Part shown: positions 27,829-51,700 of the stretch, in pieces
How the letters are laid out: each line of letters opens with the position of its first letter
How positions within the stretch are numbered: position 1 is the first letter of the stretch
Assembly: GCA_030141605.1 (NCBI GenBank)
Contig: JAQGDQ010000006.1
Location: 1,302,001-1,366,000, forward strand
DNA: 64,000 bases
Direction: 5' to 3'
From: Tubiluchus corallicola
Taxonomy: Eukaryota > Animalia > Priapulida
Translations under genes and position numbers: made by a program
The notes under the pieces: generated by a model
What the model saw: the letters and a program-made list of their open reading frames with translations, nothing else
The model's database searches: none
Told to the model about the DNA's origin: nothing

Positions 27829-29088
27829 GTAAAGGCGCGGTCAGAACAGTATTGCAGTAGATTTAAAATGAAAACAAATAAAAAATCCTTTAAAAGCGAG
27901 TACGACATATGCATAAAATTGCAATAAAGAAATATAATTTTATAAGATGATTTTCTGAAACCTGTTTCAGGTACACCTTTTCTTGTCTTTCAAGGTTCAT
28001 ATGTATGGGACATTATAATCTTTCTAAGTTTACTACACCACGTCTACATTAAAATCATTAAAGCAATTTTAAAATTTTAAAACAGTATTAGATTAAACAT
28101 TCATTTATCCTGACTCACATAGTTGTGCCTGGTAATATACAGGTATATGCCTGGGCCTTGCTGTGTTAGATGATACCGTGGGTACACTCGAAACTCTTCA
28201 CCAAATTCGGCGAGCAAACAGATGTCAATAAAAACTTGCTTTAAAGAAATTTTAATAGCAGACAATCAAAATTATCTGGAACAATATTTCTCAGTCAGTT
28301 ACACTATACTGTGCACGCTTTAGCCTGAGAGTAGTAACTAGTACGTATACAGGCCTACTGGGGGCTGGTAGTTAAACTTACACAGATTTTCCCATCTCAC
28401 AGACAAGAATTATTAGAATACGATTGTGGCATTCAAACTCTGTTTAGCGGTCATTCAGTAAAAATAAGAACTTGCACCACAAACGAAGACTACTACATTA
28501 TAAAAATAAATTTAATTATAATTAACTTTCGTAGCTTTTAAATTTCGAAAAAGTACTTATGAATAGATACAGCACGTGTTAGGCGCCGTTTGTAGCGCAA
28601 ACCCATGCACCGCACAGTGCGGTACTTGGTCCAGTCTATACTCCTTTGGAACGGCGTTGTCCGCGAATTTGCGCAGTATTGTTACTGCGATGTAAAAGCT
28701 AGTGTGGTAAGTCACGCTCAACAGCACAAGCCAAATCCAAAACCACACAACGATTCTTCATCCACAAATATCGAAGAGATTTGCTTTAATCTTTTGTTAA
28801 CTGCACTGCACCAAATTTACATAGGTGCAGTGGTAACCGGAATTCGTGTTTCTGGGCGTTTTAACAAAAAATAAATAAATAAAAAGCTGTTAAATTTAAG
28901 TCCAAAATTGTTATAATTTTAAATAATGAATATACTTTCGAATTTAAGGCTAGTTTCAGCGTTAGATATTAGTAGGTAGCAGTAATGCTTCAGGCTGAAC
29001 TTACAGTTAGAAGCACATGTGAATTTCCGCCTGTTGCTGTTAATATTATGAAGTTCCAAATGAGTTTGATATTGTTTCATTTGACAAC
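27829..29088. promoter_or_regulatory. Probable bidirectional promoter / 5'UTR region shared by Rab20-like and NSUN5
   Basis: Divergent start codons 1.26 kb apart; locally CpG-rich patch 28570-28720; candidate splice donors in both directions (minus GTGAG at 28118, plus GTAAGT at 28707). Confidence 0.55.
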
Positions 29089-39543
<10,455 letters not shown>

Positions 39544-42500
39544 CATTCAACTGCTTCACATTATAGTTCTGGGCAAAAGCCCTGCAACATATGCAGACTT
39601 TGTAGAAGACTGAGACTTTTGTCATGCTAATTAACTCTAAATGATTCTTGTAGATCTTGTCTAAGTTTTATGATTGCATGATTGTCCAAGTTTTGTGTTA
39701 ATACAGCTTTTTGTATCTTGAAATAAATCAACATCCTTGCAAAAACATGTTTTTCAAAACAATTTGTTCTGCGTGAAGTTTGCTTGTACTAGTACAGGCT
39801 GCAATTGTGTTTGAGTTGTTTTGTCCACTTATTCTGCAGTCATGTCATTGTTTTAGCATAATAACTTAACTAATTAGTTTCCAATGTTAAAAATGTCACT
39901 CCTTGTCAGTGTATTGTTATTACAAATGAATGAAAGATAGAGTGACTAACAGAATGAGTAGTAAGTTAGTGACTGAATAATGAAATAATAAATGCTTTTA
40001 GGTGTGATTACAAAATGAATGAAAAAATGAATCAACCAAAGATGATGTTTTGTGAGTGAGGATATGTGAGTGTGCATGTTATTAATGTTGCTCTTCCTTC
40101 ATGTTTTGCCTTTGTTGCTGACTCTTTCCAATAGTTGGTACAACTAATTGCGATGATCTCCATCATTATCTTGCATCAACTGATTTCTGATATTACTGGC
40201 GTTGTTGTCATACATATAGTTTACTGCTGTTAAAAGTGTCATTTTTGCTTGTGCCTTTTTTGTCTTTGTTCATAAGAATTGATCGCAACATAATTATATG
40301 AAAGGTATACAAACGTTTGAATGACTTTCGAGTTTGTGCACTGTTGTACATATCTCTGTTCTAACTTAAATGTCCCATTGAATTTTATTAAATCATTAAA
40401 TTCATATGATCAAATACATTTACACTAATTGAAATCCCAACAAATATACTGAAACAAGCCTTTTGTAGTAAAGTAAATACCAGGTAATTTAGAATCACTT
40501 ACAGTGCTGGATTACAGCATAGACCGGTTAAGCCATGGTTAGACTATGTGTTTGCTACTGCAGCTTATTTATTAACGATTTAATCATTAATGAGAGCAAT
40601 TAGCATTAAAATTACTCCAGAAGTGAAGTTAATTTTGAATAGTTACCAGTAGTTACTTTTATGCCTAGGATTCGTTAGAGGACCTTTCAGTCCGTTTTTC
40701 TTCAGTCCCAGGTCTAGGGTCTGCAGAAAATTAATCCAGGAATTGCAGATTTACAGTATTCAAACATACCTTTAAAACTTACCAGTTGTTACACCAGGCG
40801 TGACCATGGAGATGAATAACTAAAGCCTAACATTTAAGGTCACAGTTAGACGTGAATCGGCCTCTCTAGTGTGAGCTGTTCATTTAGAATTTTAGATGCT
40901 CTCGCCGACAGTAGTCAGAATATGCAGCATGTGTAAGGTGTTTAGTTGTGCCTGTTTGTCTGTCTGTGTGAACTGTTTGCATAATAAAATCAAAATGGAT
41001 AAACCTATGATCTGGTCTGGGCAAGAGCTGAAAATCCATTTATTAATTCAAAAGGTCAAGGTTAACAAATTAAACGAACAGAAGAAGTTGCATTCACCAA
41101 ACTTGCCACTGGGATTTACATTGTAAAGAGCAGAAAGTCAGCGTCCCAAGTTCAAAGGTATCAAAATAATAAGTTTTTTCCTTGGTGAAGGCATGGAAAC
41201 GCTTTTTATCAGAGTTATCGTTAAAAGTTCTGTTACGTTCCTTTTGGTATTATTTATTGACATTCTTACCGGTTTTTGATTCGTTAAGAACATATACGTG
41301 CTTTCGCTACAAACTATCAATTAATTTGAAATGTTGGTTGTCGAGAAGCATCTTTCGGTATAAATTATTTGTTTTTATTTTTCATTACGTTTGATGGTAA
41401 TACTAATCTGTGTGCCTGTATCAACCTGCCGTACCATGCCTTTTAATCGCCTATTAATGTGTTTATTTGCTCGTCCTTTTATCAGATAATGTAGACTAAA
41501 TAATTGTTTGATGTTATTGCACTACGTCGACTAGTGGTCGAGGTGGAGATAATGAGGGTAATTTGTTCTTGGTTTGTGCGATTTTTTATTAAAACCACTA
41601 AGTTAACCAAAGAATTCAACCAATGGCTCGCTGATATATTGTGTATCTTATACATATGCTTAAGCTTGATAATGGGTGGAAAAACTTTAACCAGCTCCTC
41701 CATCTATAGGAGGTTTCTGGTTTTGTGCTTCCCCGTCTGTTTGTGTTGGTTTTATTTTTATTCTGAGGCATGTGCTGTTTGCCCCTGTAGGCTTACCGCG
41801 TCTAGTATCTTTATACCAGAAGTAGTTCGAGGCACATGCGTTTGAGTGGTCAGCGAGTGTTGACTGGCACGTAATGTGGGGTTAGTGGTCACACACGGTG
41901 GTTCAACAACTACTCTCAGACAACTAGTAGACTGGACATTTCTCGTGTAGAGTATATGATATTAAACTTTCTTTGACGCACGATTTGTTAACTAGAATCT
42001 GTTTATGAATCAAAGTGCAGAATAAATCAAACAATATTCTCTGGTTTGAGTACTTACAGTGTAAGTGCTTAGCTGCGTATATCATGGTTGCCGTTAAGTG
42101 TTTTACATAATAGTGAGCTTCATTCCAGACACTTACGTTTAATCTTACTGTTAACGTCGTTGGTTAATGTATTTTATTGGTCGGAGCATCGTGGTAACAT
42201 TATTGATTTACATGTGATTAAGTAATGCGTGCTGTGATGATATAAAACTGTGTTTAGTATGTCTCAGGTTAAAATAGTACGAACGAAAAGTGCACGTAAT
42301 TCTTTTTATTCTGCTTAAAATATAGGTTTCAATTATGATTACTTACAGTTTAGTAATTAATAGCAATTATTTTGTAGTTAGCAGTTTCTGTTGTTTCCTA
42401 CTATGAATTTGTGAATTAAGTCAGCGCATTATGTGCCACGCTGCCTTTATTTGACGACACAGGATTAAGATTTATCGGCTCTTTGTACACCAAGTTCAAC

Positions 42501-42854
42501 AATTTTGATAAAATTTACTATAGGGTGCGTTATATATCAAACTGATGCTATTCTTCTTGCAAAGATTTGCAAAATTCTATCAACAATTACTCTTTGTTTA
42601 GTGTCTTAATGCTTTCTTACCTTAATTGTGGTTGACGCGACATTGACGTAAGATGAACAACCATGCATTCATGTAGATAGGCGTCAACTACGTGGGTTCT
42701 TGTGAAAACATTTGTCCCTATAACTATCATGTTCAACTTTGACTTAGCCAGCATTTCAGAATCGTGAAACTTGTGAAAAATATTAAATCGGCGAGCGCAT
42801 TTTCATCAACGCCACAGAGTCTGACGAATTATTAAGCTTTTATGTATAATTTAG

Positions 42855-42920
42855 AATTAAGTTAAAGTCGTTTAGTAAAGTTAAGGTTAGTTTACGTTAA
42901 GTTAGATTAGGTTAAGTTTA
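42855..42920. repeat. Degenerate (GTTAA/GTTAG)n pentamer tract
   Basis: ATTAAGTTAAAGTCGTTTAGTAAAGTTAAGGTTAGTTTACGTTAAGTTAGATTAGGTTAAGTTTA read directly. Confidence 0.6.
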
Positions 42921-44817
42921 TTTAATTTTTTAAATATTTCAATTTTGCATATAAATTTTTTAATGTTTTAGCTGCGTTAGCATCACTGAAACAACAATTA
43001 ATAAACTGTATATTGTCGTAAGTCATTTTACCAACAATGTGCGACAAAGAATTTTTTATTGCAACCTGCGCGTGAAAGCTATAGCGTCATAGTGCAATAA
43101 TGCTCTGTGTAAGTTTTTGTTATATTATGACTTCGTGCTTGGTGCAAAATAAATTCCGGCATGTGAGATATTCAATTGACGTCAAACATATTGGTCTATC
43201 GCTCCACTTACGCTGTAACGTAAGCACGCTCAGCGGCATTCGGGACAACAGCTTATGCTGGTCAACAACTGTCGATACTAAACTAGACAACATGACGGCC
43301 ATAATTAATGTCCAATCGGCAGACAAACTGATTGCTGTTTTTCACAAATATAAATTTGCAGAGCAGCAGCTATTTTTACACGAAATTAACACTTCAAGTA
43401 GGCAAAAAATGACTTCAATTTAAACAGAATATAGAGACGAAGTTTTAAAGCACTGCAAAATGTAGAGACATAAGTATAAGAAAGGAACTAAGCCAGTTAG
43501 CATTGCTTACAATAAATGGGCAACAAAATATTGAATATACGAACACATCATACCTATTTTTTCTAATTTTAACTAATCATGTGGTCGTTCGCAAGCTTTT
43601 ATCCACTTTTTGAATTTTTTCAACTGTTTGTTAGACTACAGAAATTGAATAAGTTTGATTATTTTATTCCGCAAACGATCTTGCCCAAGTTACGTAAGAA
43701 AAAGTCCCAATGACATGTTTTAATTATAATTATTGCCAGGAAAATAGCATAAAATTGACTATTTCAGGATACAAATTTCACGTTGATATATTTCATAAAT
43801 TTTAACCACATTTGAATTAATCTGGACGGTGAAGGTCTTATTGAGTTTTATAAAAACTGACCAGAAAAGAAAACATTTTGCCTGAATGTGAATTCCTATG
43901 AGAGTGCTCGCTTACCACATAATCCTGACAATTGTTACGTATCCCGTAGATGAGTTCAACTCTGCCGCTGGGCTTCAACTATTGCTAACTGGCCATTCCT
44001 ACAACCTACGCAAACCTACTTTGATATGCTCATATTGTAATTTTTACATGCATGTTAACCTTGAATCATTTATATCTGCCAACTCTGACTTCAATATAAA
44101 TTTCATTGTCATCTCTGTTCAAGTGGGCCATTTTGCATTTGCGATCCTTAAAGCAGCGTCATATGATCGGCCTAATTAACCTCGTTAAGTTAATTTGTAT
44201 AAGTTAAGAGTTGTCTTTATGTAGCTTACAAGGTCGTACATTAAACTTAACTGCGTATTTTTATTAATAGCAAAACCAGTAACTCATAGATGCAAGCCTG
44301 TGCATTTCTTCCTATAAAAAACGAAATTGTACTATGTGTTTTCATTAATTCACCTGCAATTTTAATCGACAATACAGACAATTGACAACCTATAATAAGG
44401 TCTAAAGCCAGGCTGATTTCTCTCCCGCAAATTTTTGGAAAGTTGAGCATTTTTCATAAGAATATAGCATATACCGACAATACATAGTTAGAGCTATTAT
44501 CCCGAAAGACGTGGTAATGAACCAGTTCTGTGTGCGTGTGAAAAATAGGCACATTGATTGGACAGTCAGCAGAGCTTGACTGAGAATGACTGACATTTTG
44601 TTTGACGTCATTTATTCACTTTAACACAGTTTGGCGAAACAGCTTATCCTTTGTGCTAGCTACTACTGAATCCGTTGTACTGAATCCGGATGATCCACGT
44701 TGGTATGATGCTATATATTTACGTCAATTTCCATTTCAAAGCTTTCAGTTTAATGTATTTAATGGCTGTTCAACGTTGATGAACGATGATGCACTCAAGG
44801 TATATATATATATATAT

Positions 44818-45119
44818 CACCTTTCTCTCACCATCCTCCTGGTAGATTTTCATCTGTCAGCCGGCGAACACTTGATAACGTCTCTCCACGGAGATTCTTA
44901 GCACCCCCTGCCCATTTAAGGGCTGGCGGGGACTGGGGGCCGTTGTTTCAGTTGTCTTCGCCATGAGTTACTTGAGCAAAAAGTACTTCAGTGACTTGCT
45001 AGGTCTATCCTGAAGGATTTGGTCCACAGCTCCTTATTTGAATATTCGGAGCACCCTGGCTCGTGAGCCAGGGGTCCCCCATCCGCCACCCGGGGGATGC
45101 GCCCGGTACTCCCCCCCCG
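44818..45119 (-). mobile_element. ~300-bp GC-rich structured insert in a (TA)n tract, probable SINE or RTE-clade deletion derivative
   Basis: Flanked by (TA)n at 44801-44817 and 45120-45136. Sharp GC increase; perfect 9-bp hairpin CCCTGGCTC-GT-GAGCCAGGG (45054-45073). The minus-strand start CATCCCCCGGGTGGCGGATGGGGG..GCTCCGAATATTCAAATAAGGAGC resembles my recollection of invertebrate RTE 5' UTRs (unverified). Confidence 0.6.
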
Positions 45120-45442
45120 TATATATACATATATATGACGCAGTCCCTTGTGATCTTGGAAGCATTGAATTATACTTTGCAAACAAATCTAAAATTTGAG
45201 AATTTTCATTACGCTAGTGTACCACGAAAGAGTAATTATTGTATTACCTAATTAAATGAATCTTTTTGTAATTACATTTCATAAAACTCTGCCGCCTAGA
45301 ATAAATCCGAATAATACATACGTAACTGATTATTTTATATTGTTTATAATCTGATTACGTGTACTCTAAAGTTGGTGTCAACAGTTGGAAAACTTAAATT
45401 GGTTGGCTGTTTTGATGGAATTACGTTTTAGCATGATTGCCA

Positions 45443-45505
45443 GATGCTGCATGGTCTAGTGGTTATCGTATTAGACTTGTAATCCAAAGGTCTCGGTTTA
45501 TTCAT
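45443..45505 (+). mobile_element. tRNA-derived SINE head / tRNA pseudogene fragment (Thr-TGT-like loop)
   Basis: A-box-like TGGTCTAGTGGTT, anticodon arm TTAGA-CTTGTAA-TCCAA, degenerate B-box GGTTTATTC; no intact acceptor stem. Confidence 0.5.
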
Positions 45506-46371
45506 AAATTGAATGGCATTCTGAGATTTTTATGAGAAAAATTCACTTGAAGGTTTGTTTTTGATAATTTCGGTGAAATTTAAACCGATCAGTCAGTGTA
45601 ATCTGTTTCGGGCTCAGCCAAGCACGAGAAATGACAAAGATGCCACTTTTGATGCCATATACCTGGTGTAGTCTCCAGACATTCGTTTCAGTTGTTAATG
45701 ATAAATGTCCCGTTAATGATAAATGTTGTTTACGACTGGTTGTTGCTGTTGTTTATATGAGAATTGTTCGATTATTACGCGCGTTCAAGTTCAATGACTT
45801 AAAAACTATGGCATGTACAACAGCACGATTTAGGTATTATCATTATTACATTATCTTTTATATAAGTATGTTCATTATAAGTTCCATGGATATGGATAAG
45901 GTACTTGTTATTTACTGCAGCCTAAAGCGCTGAATTCAAGTTGAATGTCAATGTAGTGTGAAAACAGAGAGACAATTGAAAGAGTTAAGCTCTGGACAAG
46001 GTGAGCCAGTGACAGCCTGCTATTGTGTCCCCTTTCAAGGCAAGTAGGCGAAATTGTTGGTATTTACGACCTATAGCTGTCCTTGCAACTTGATTAATTT
46101 TACAGAGCAAAGTTCTAGTGGTGAATGCATGTGATCTAGAACTCCCACGTATTGTCTTCCCATGTATTACGCATCAGACCTGTGTTAATTTTTCACCTGT
46201 TAGCTTGCGGCACTTTCACTCACTGCTTAGTGCTGCATGTAATAAGTGCATGAGAATAATAAAGGATTTAGCCGTAGGAATTAGAATTAGACAGGTGTTG
46301 ACAAACCTGCACTTAGATTGTTATTGTTTATTAAAGTGTTGTATGTATATACTGGATTTTCTTTTTTTCAG

Positions 46372-46449
46372 TGTAATGGAATGCGTAGAGTATATGTAGC
46401 AATTGAACTCTGTATGACAATAGTTTAGCCTAGAACATGATATACTGAG
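46372..46449 (+). other. Candidate non-coding 5'UTR exon of the SLC4 gene
   Basis: Strong acceptor TTTTCTTTTTTTCAG|TG and donor GAG|GTAAGA. An upstream donor CAGT|GTAAGT at 42061 may end exon 1. No transcript evidence. Confidence 0.4.
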
Positions 46450-47048
46450 GTAAGAGCATTTTATGTTGAGGTATAATTATTTGAATAAGTACTCAGTTTC
46501 ATAAATTATTTTTGCGGAAATGACTTATTAGCTTACATGATCTACTTGTATTACAGATGTTTATTTGTTTGTTGCTGTTTTGATACCATTATCAGCTAAG
46601 TGGTTTAATTTCTCATTAAGCTCAGTTTTGTTTTAGGGTTTTTAACAATTTTTCGTATTTTTATGAAGTTCATTTAATTTCTGACACCATGTCTTTCTTA
46701 ATTGGACCCCCTGCATTCTTGGTATTTTTAATTGTGCAACTCACGAGTTAAGAACATGTTAAGTTTGTGAGTGCAAACCTGTATGCGCAGGCAAATAATG
46801 ACGCAACGAAAACGTTCAGTTCAGGATGAAATTTTTAATTACACTACTATTTTGTCAATATTAACTGCATTCATGTTCGATCGCAACAAACTTTTGGCAC
46901 ATTTCTCAACTTGGACTTCTTTCACATTTGTCACTAAGTGTTTTCACTGTGTTTTAGCACATTTCAATAATTATTAGTAGTTTAAGCATAGTATGTAAAG
47001 CTCACTGTCTCTCTTACATTCTAAAATAATTTTAGAGATATGTACACA

Positions 47049-48270
47049 TGAACCGACAAGCTTTGTACCGTGCACAGTAAGTTTGATGCAGGCGTATTTG
47101 GTCCTGGTAATTTTGGTGCTGGGAAAATTTGCTGCTAGGAATTTTTGGTACAGGGAAATTTTGGTACAGGGAAAATGTGGTACTGGTAAATACAGTACTG
47201 GCAAAGTTTTGTTAAGCATTTTTGGAGCAAGTAAATCTGGTACAAGAAAAAAATGGTAGAGAACAGGTTTGGTGCTACGTATATTGGAGATTAATATTTA
47301 ATATTAAATATTTATTTAATATTAACTACGTATTTAATATTGGAAAAGTTTGGTACTAGGAAAATTTGATACAGAGAAAGCTTGGTACAAGTGTAGCATA
47401 GTACTATGAAAATGTCTTTTATATAAACTCAAAAAATTATGGAGTTTGTTCATATTGTTACATTTGTTTTCATTTGTTTTTTTGTGTTCGTTTATTTATT
47501 TGTCCACTCTTTATTATTTGTCATTATTGTTGTTGTTTGTGTGTTGCTTGCTCTTTTGTTGTGATCATCATCATCATCATTATGATCATTACTGTAATCA
47601 TTGTTACTTTTGTTGTTTTGTTCCTGCTGTTGTTGTCGTTGCTGTTGCCATTACCATTTTTGTTGTTGTTTTTTCTGTTGTTGTTGACATTGTTATTATA
47701 CATATTGTCATCATTGTTGCTGTTGCTGTTGTTCTTGTATGTTTATTTATTACCTGTTGTGTTTGTTGTCTTCATCATCATTATCAGCATCATTAATTTT
47801 TGTTGTCATTGTTACATTAATTTTGTTGTTTTGCTGCTATTGCTGTTGCTGCTACTGCTGTTGTTGCTGTTTATGTTGTTTCTTTGTTTCTTGCATGCTG
47901 CTTTTGTTATTTTCATTGTCAACACTGATGTGGTCATTGCTACATTTTGTTGCTGTTGTTGTTTTGTAATGAGATACAGAGATGGTTTATTCTCTGTTTA
48001 CTACCAAATTTTCCAGTACTAAACTTTCCTAGTACAAAATTTTCCCAGTACTATATTTTCTTAGTAGCAAAACTTCTTTGTACCACACACAGTTTCTTAG
48101 TACTAACATTCCTGCTACCATATTTTCTTTTTACCAAACATTCCTTTTAATAGATTTTCCTAGTACCAAAATGCCTTATGCCTAAAGATCATAGTACCAA
48201 ACTTACCTGTATCAAAATTTCCATATACTAGAAATTCGTTGTACCAAAGCTTCAAACATTCGGTTTGCAT
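47049..48270. mobile_element. Foldback-type element: inverted arrays of 15-16-bp repeats around a (TTG/TCA)n core
   Basis: Left arm has TTTGGTACAGGGAAA-like units (47090-47390); right arm has the reverse-complement TTTCCTAGTACCAAA-like units (48000-48250). Termini ATGAACCGACAAGCTTTGTAC and GTACCAAAGCTT..CGGTTTGCAT are loosely inverted. Core 47445-47965 is decayed trinucleotide repeat. Confidence 0.7.
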
Positions 48271-48764
48271 TAATATATATATAATATAGGGTAGCTTGTA
48301 CCCAACTAACTAATTAACTAAATAATGTGTAAAGCTTAACATGTTGTCCTGTCACATTGAACAAAGTCTGTCATATGCAGCATAGTTGTCTGGTAAGTAT
48401 TGGTAGGTATCTTTATGGGATACGTCTGTTAGTCTCAAACCTTCAAGATTGCATAGTGAATTTTCTCACTTAATGTCTTCATTATGCAATGTTTGCCAAA
48501 GGGATTTGCCTGGCAAGCGAGTGATAGAAGTTTCACCGGATTAGCAGAAGAAGAAATGCACTCTATGCTTATTGAGCATACTTACACTAGTAGTTAATTT
48601 CTCCCTTATTACAAATCACTTTGCAGCCTCGGAGTAGGCCGCACTGTTTTAGTAACACTTTTCACTTCCTAAATTTTTACAGGGCAGAGAGTTTTCATTA
48701 ATCATTTTGAATTACTGAAGTGCAAGCTGAAAACTGTTAATATTTTTCTTGTGTATTTTCAAGA

Positions 48765-51700
48765 ATGGATTCTCATACTGATCTGCAAAATGATGCTTCT
48801 CTTGAGCTGGAACCTCTTTTGGTATGTTAGATTAAATAATTTTATTTTAATGCAAAAGATGTACATTATGTGTATTTTTACAAGACGACAAGATATGTAG
48901 TTTTATATACGTATGTGCACAAATGAGATTTTTATGTGTCATGGCCTGATGGAGTACAATGTGTCAATGTGTGTGTTGTGAAAAATGCAAGCCTTTATGT
49001 TCACAGTCATTGTAGATTGAAGTTCTAGAAGCTACTCAACAAACAGGACAGGTCTTGGATAAATGTAGGCTCATTATAGAAACCATTTAGTAGTTAGTGT
49101 TGTTTTTGTGTTTAAAAGAACAGGATTAACTGCCAAGTTCTAAACTGGAATATTCTTGAGCCTACTTGTGGAACCAAATGTTTCACTTCAGACAGAAAGG
49201 CAGACAAGTATTATTGATTACATTTTGGACCTTGACTTCATTTCTTTGCATAGTTAGACATGTCTTTTTAATTCTAGATTGTTGAGCAACCAACCGAAAC
49301 ATCTAGTTTTGAAAGTACTCAGCCACAAACTGCTAATGCAGGTGATGAAGAAGAAGAAGATTTCTCAAAAATGTTTGAAGAGACTGTGCCATTTGAAAAC
49401 TTTCTTGGAGTAGGCACATCTGTTGAAAAAGCCTCTCCTCCATCAACACATCGATCTTTTGATTTCGACGAACCATGTAATACTTTATAAATACAAAGTG
49501 ATGCCTGTTTAAATGTTTCGGTATTGATGTGTAACTAATCTTGTTTCTAGCAAACAATGTCAAAATGTATAATGAGTTCTTTTGATTATGAAATGTAATA
49601 GACAAGTCTTATTGATTAATCCAAAATTACACACCTAAAATCCCTGACAAAAATTTACACATTGATTATAATATAAATTTTAGGTAGGAAAGATAATAAC
49701 GCTAGTAGAAGTGAGACTAAAAAGCAAAATGGTTTTTTGTGATAAGATGTCATTCTTTTGATATTTTTCGCAAATTGTTCCAACATTATTTGCAAATCAC
49801 CCCCACCAGAATAAAATAATCACACTTACATGGCTGAATGCTCTCTTTCAGTATTTGCTGTACTATCTACACTTACAAGACGTTTTAGAAAATAACGGTT
49901 GACAGTCACTACATTTAATAAAATATGCTGTCATGTTTAAAGGATGAATTACTTGTTAGATGGTTCATTTTTTCTAGGTGATTTGAAAATCTGAATTAAA
50001 CCTTGTTTTTTCAAATACAGTAGTCGCCGCTTAATAGACTAATGGTTAATAGACTCAATCCCTTAATTGACTCAAAAACGCCTGGAACAGGCCGCATCTA
50101 TTCAAATATATATAAAAACTATCGATAATTGACTCAAATAACTTCGATTAATTGACTCAATATTTTTCTTTCACGTACTGTGTCATCTTTACTTCCTTTT
50201 TGTGCATTATATATGTAGAAATGATCATGTTAAGTACTGTTTTGTTTGTAAACAGGTATGTATATCATGTGCTAATGTGCTAGCATAGAGGTTTTGCTTT
50301 GAATCTGTTACCCGCTCGCCCAGTGTTACCCAAAGAATTTTTGGAAGTTAAACATTTAATCACTTGTTTAGCGATTTCCTTTTGATGCTCTCATTGCAAA
50401 TCACGTTTTCAAGCTTAATGAGTTAATAGTCAAAGATGCAGGTACAGTAATCAGCCAGTATTCCTTGTGACTGATCAATTAAGTGCAAACGACTTAGTGC
50501 CAAAAAAACTAGTAGCATGAATGCTTTACATTTACTGGCTATGTCATGGAACACGTAAGTGAGCAGACAATTCAGAACCGTTTAAGTCACGCCCAATTCA
50601 CTTGTGATTCAATTCCCACTATGTTGCAAGAGATGAGCCTGTTACCATCTGCTCCACCTGGTATGAGCACAGCGAGTGTGAGACCTGGGCGGGAAATTGA
50701 TTTGGCCATTCAGGCCACATGCATCACACAGCAACAGATTTTCAACGCTTTTGTAATTATGAGAACTTTGCGAGCCAACTTCTTCGCAAAAAAATGAAGC
50801 AGCCAACTTTGAAGGAATTTTTGTAATTTTGCAAATAAACAGACTTGTGCGATTTAGAAAAGTATACTTTTTAATTTATTGTTAATTCACTTATATAAAT
50901 ATTTTGAAATATTTTTTTTTCTAATTTTTAACTGCACAAAGGAATTTAGGCATTACTTCGTTTCTAAAATTGATTGAAAACCTTTGCAGTGCATAATAAG
51001 CTGATGACTCATACTTCTAAGGCAGTAATACTACACCCATTGTTTAATAGGTTCAATTGGTTAATTGGGTCAAAACTCGTCTGTCCCAAAGTGAGTCTAT
51101 TAAGTGGTGACTACTGTACTATAAGCTTTTAAAGTTCGGGATTGGCATGATATGACAGGCTTGGACCCGTTTTGAGACGGAACTTAATGTTAAGGATTTG
51201 AGAAAAGTTCTGGATTGTGACGTTCCTTATCCCAAAATGCTGCTAAATATATACTGTTTAAAATGGAAATTTGCTTAAACCTAGTTGATCCTGAACCCAA
51301 TTATTTGAATTTTGCTCAAAGGAGCTGTAAGTGATTTTGGAAAATATTTTTTGGCGGTGTTATTCCAAAAAAGTATACAAATCGTATTATGTTTCTGCTC
51401 GACAGTATTACCTGCATCATGTTATGTGTTAGTAAAACTATTTCCTTTTGTATTTCTTTTATATAGCTCGGAACAGGGATCTATTTCCACATGTACATCG
51501 CTCGTTAAGAAGAGCTGGTGGTAGTAAGCGCAGACATCATCATCATCATCATAAGTATGTAGAACCACAACAAAATGATGAAAAGGCAAATCCAATAAGT
51601 GACTCTTCAGTGACTCCACAAATTTTTGTTGAAAATGTTGATGTGAGTATCTATTCGGAGTTGACATTTTAATTTACATAATGGTTTCTGTTTAATGTGA

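Noticed and set aside
42855-42920. Interstitial telomeric (TTAGG)n
   Set aside because: Only one exact TTAGG; more likely an internal repeat of a decayed transposon.
47446-48150. Hydrophobic/Cys-rich ORFs suggesting membrane proteins
   Set aside because: Produced by decayed (TTG)n/(TCA)n repeats open in all three frames inside a foldback element.
50546-50797. 83-aa ORF as an SLC4 exon or small gene
   Set aside because: It lies between transposon TIRs and is a frameshifted transposase remnant.
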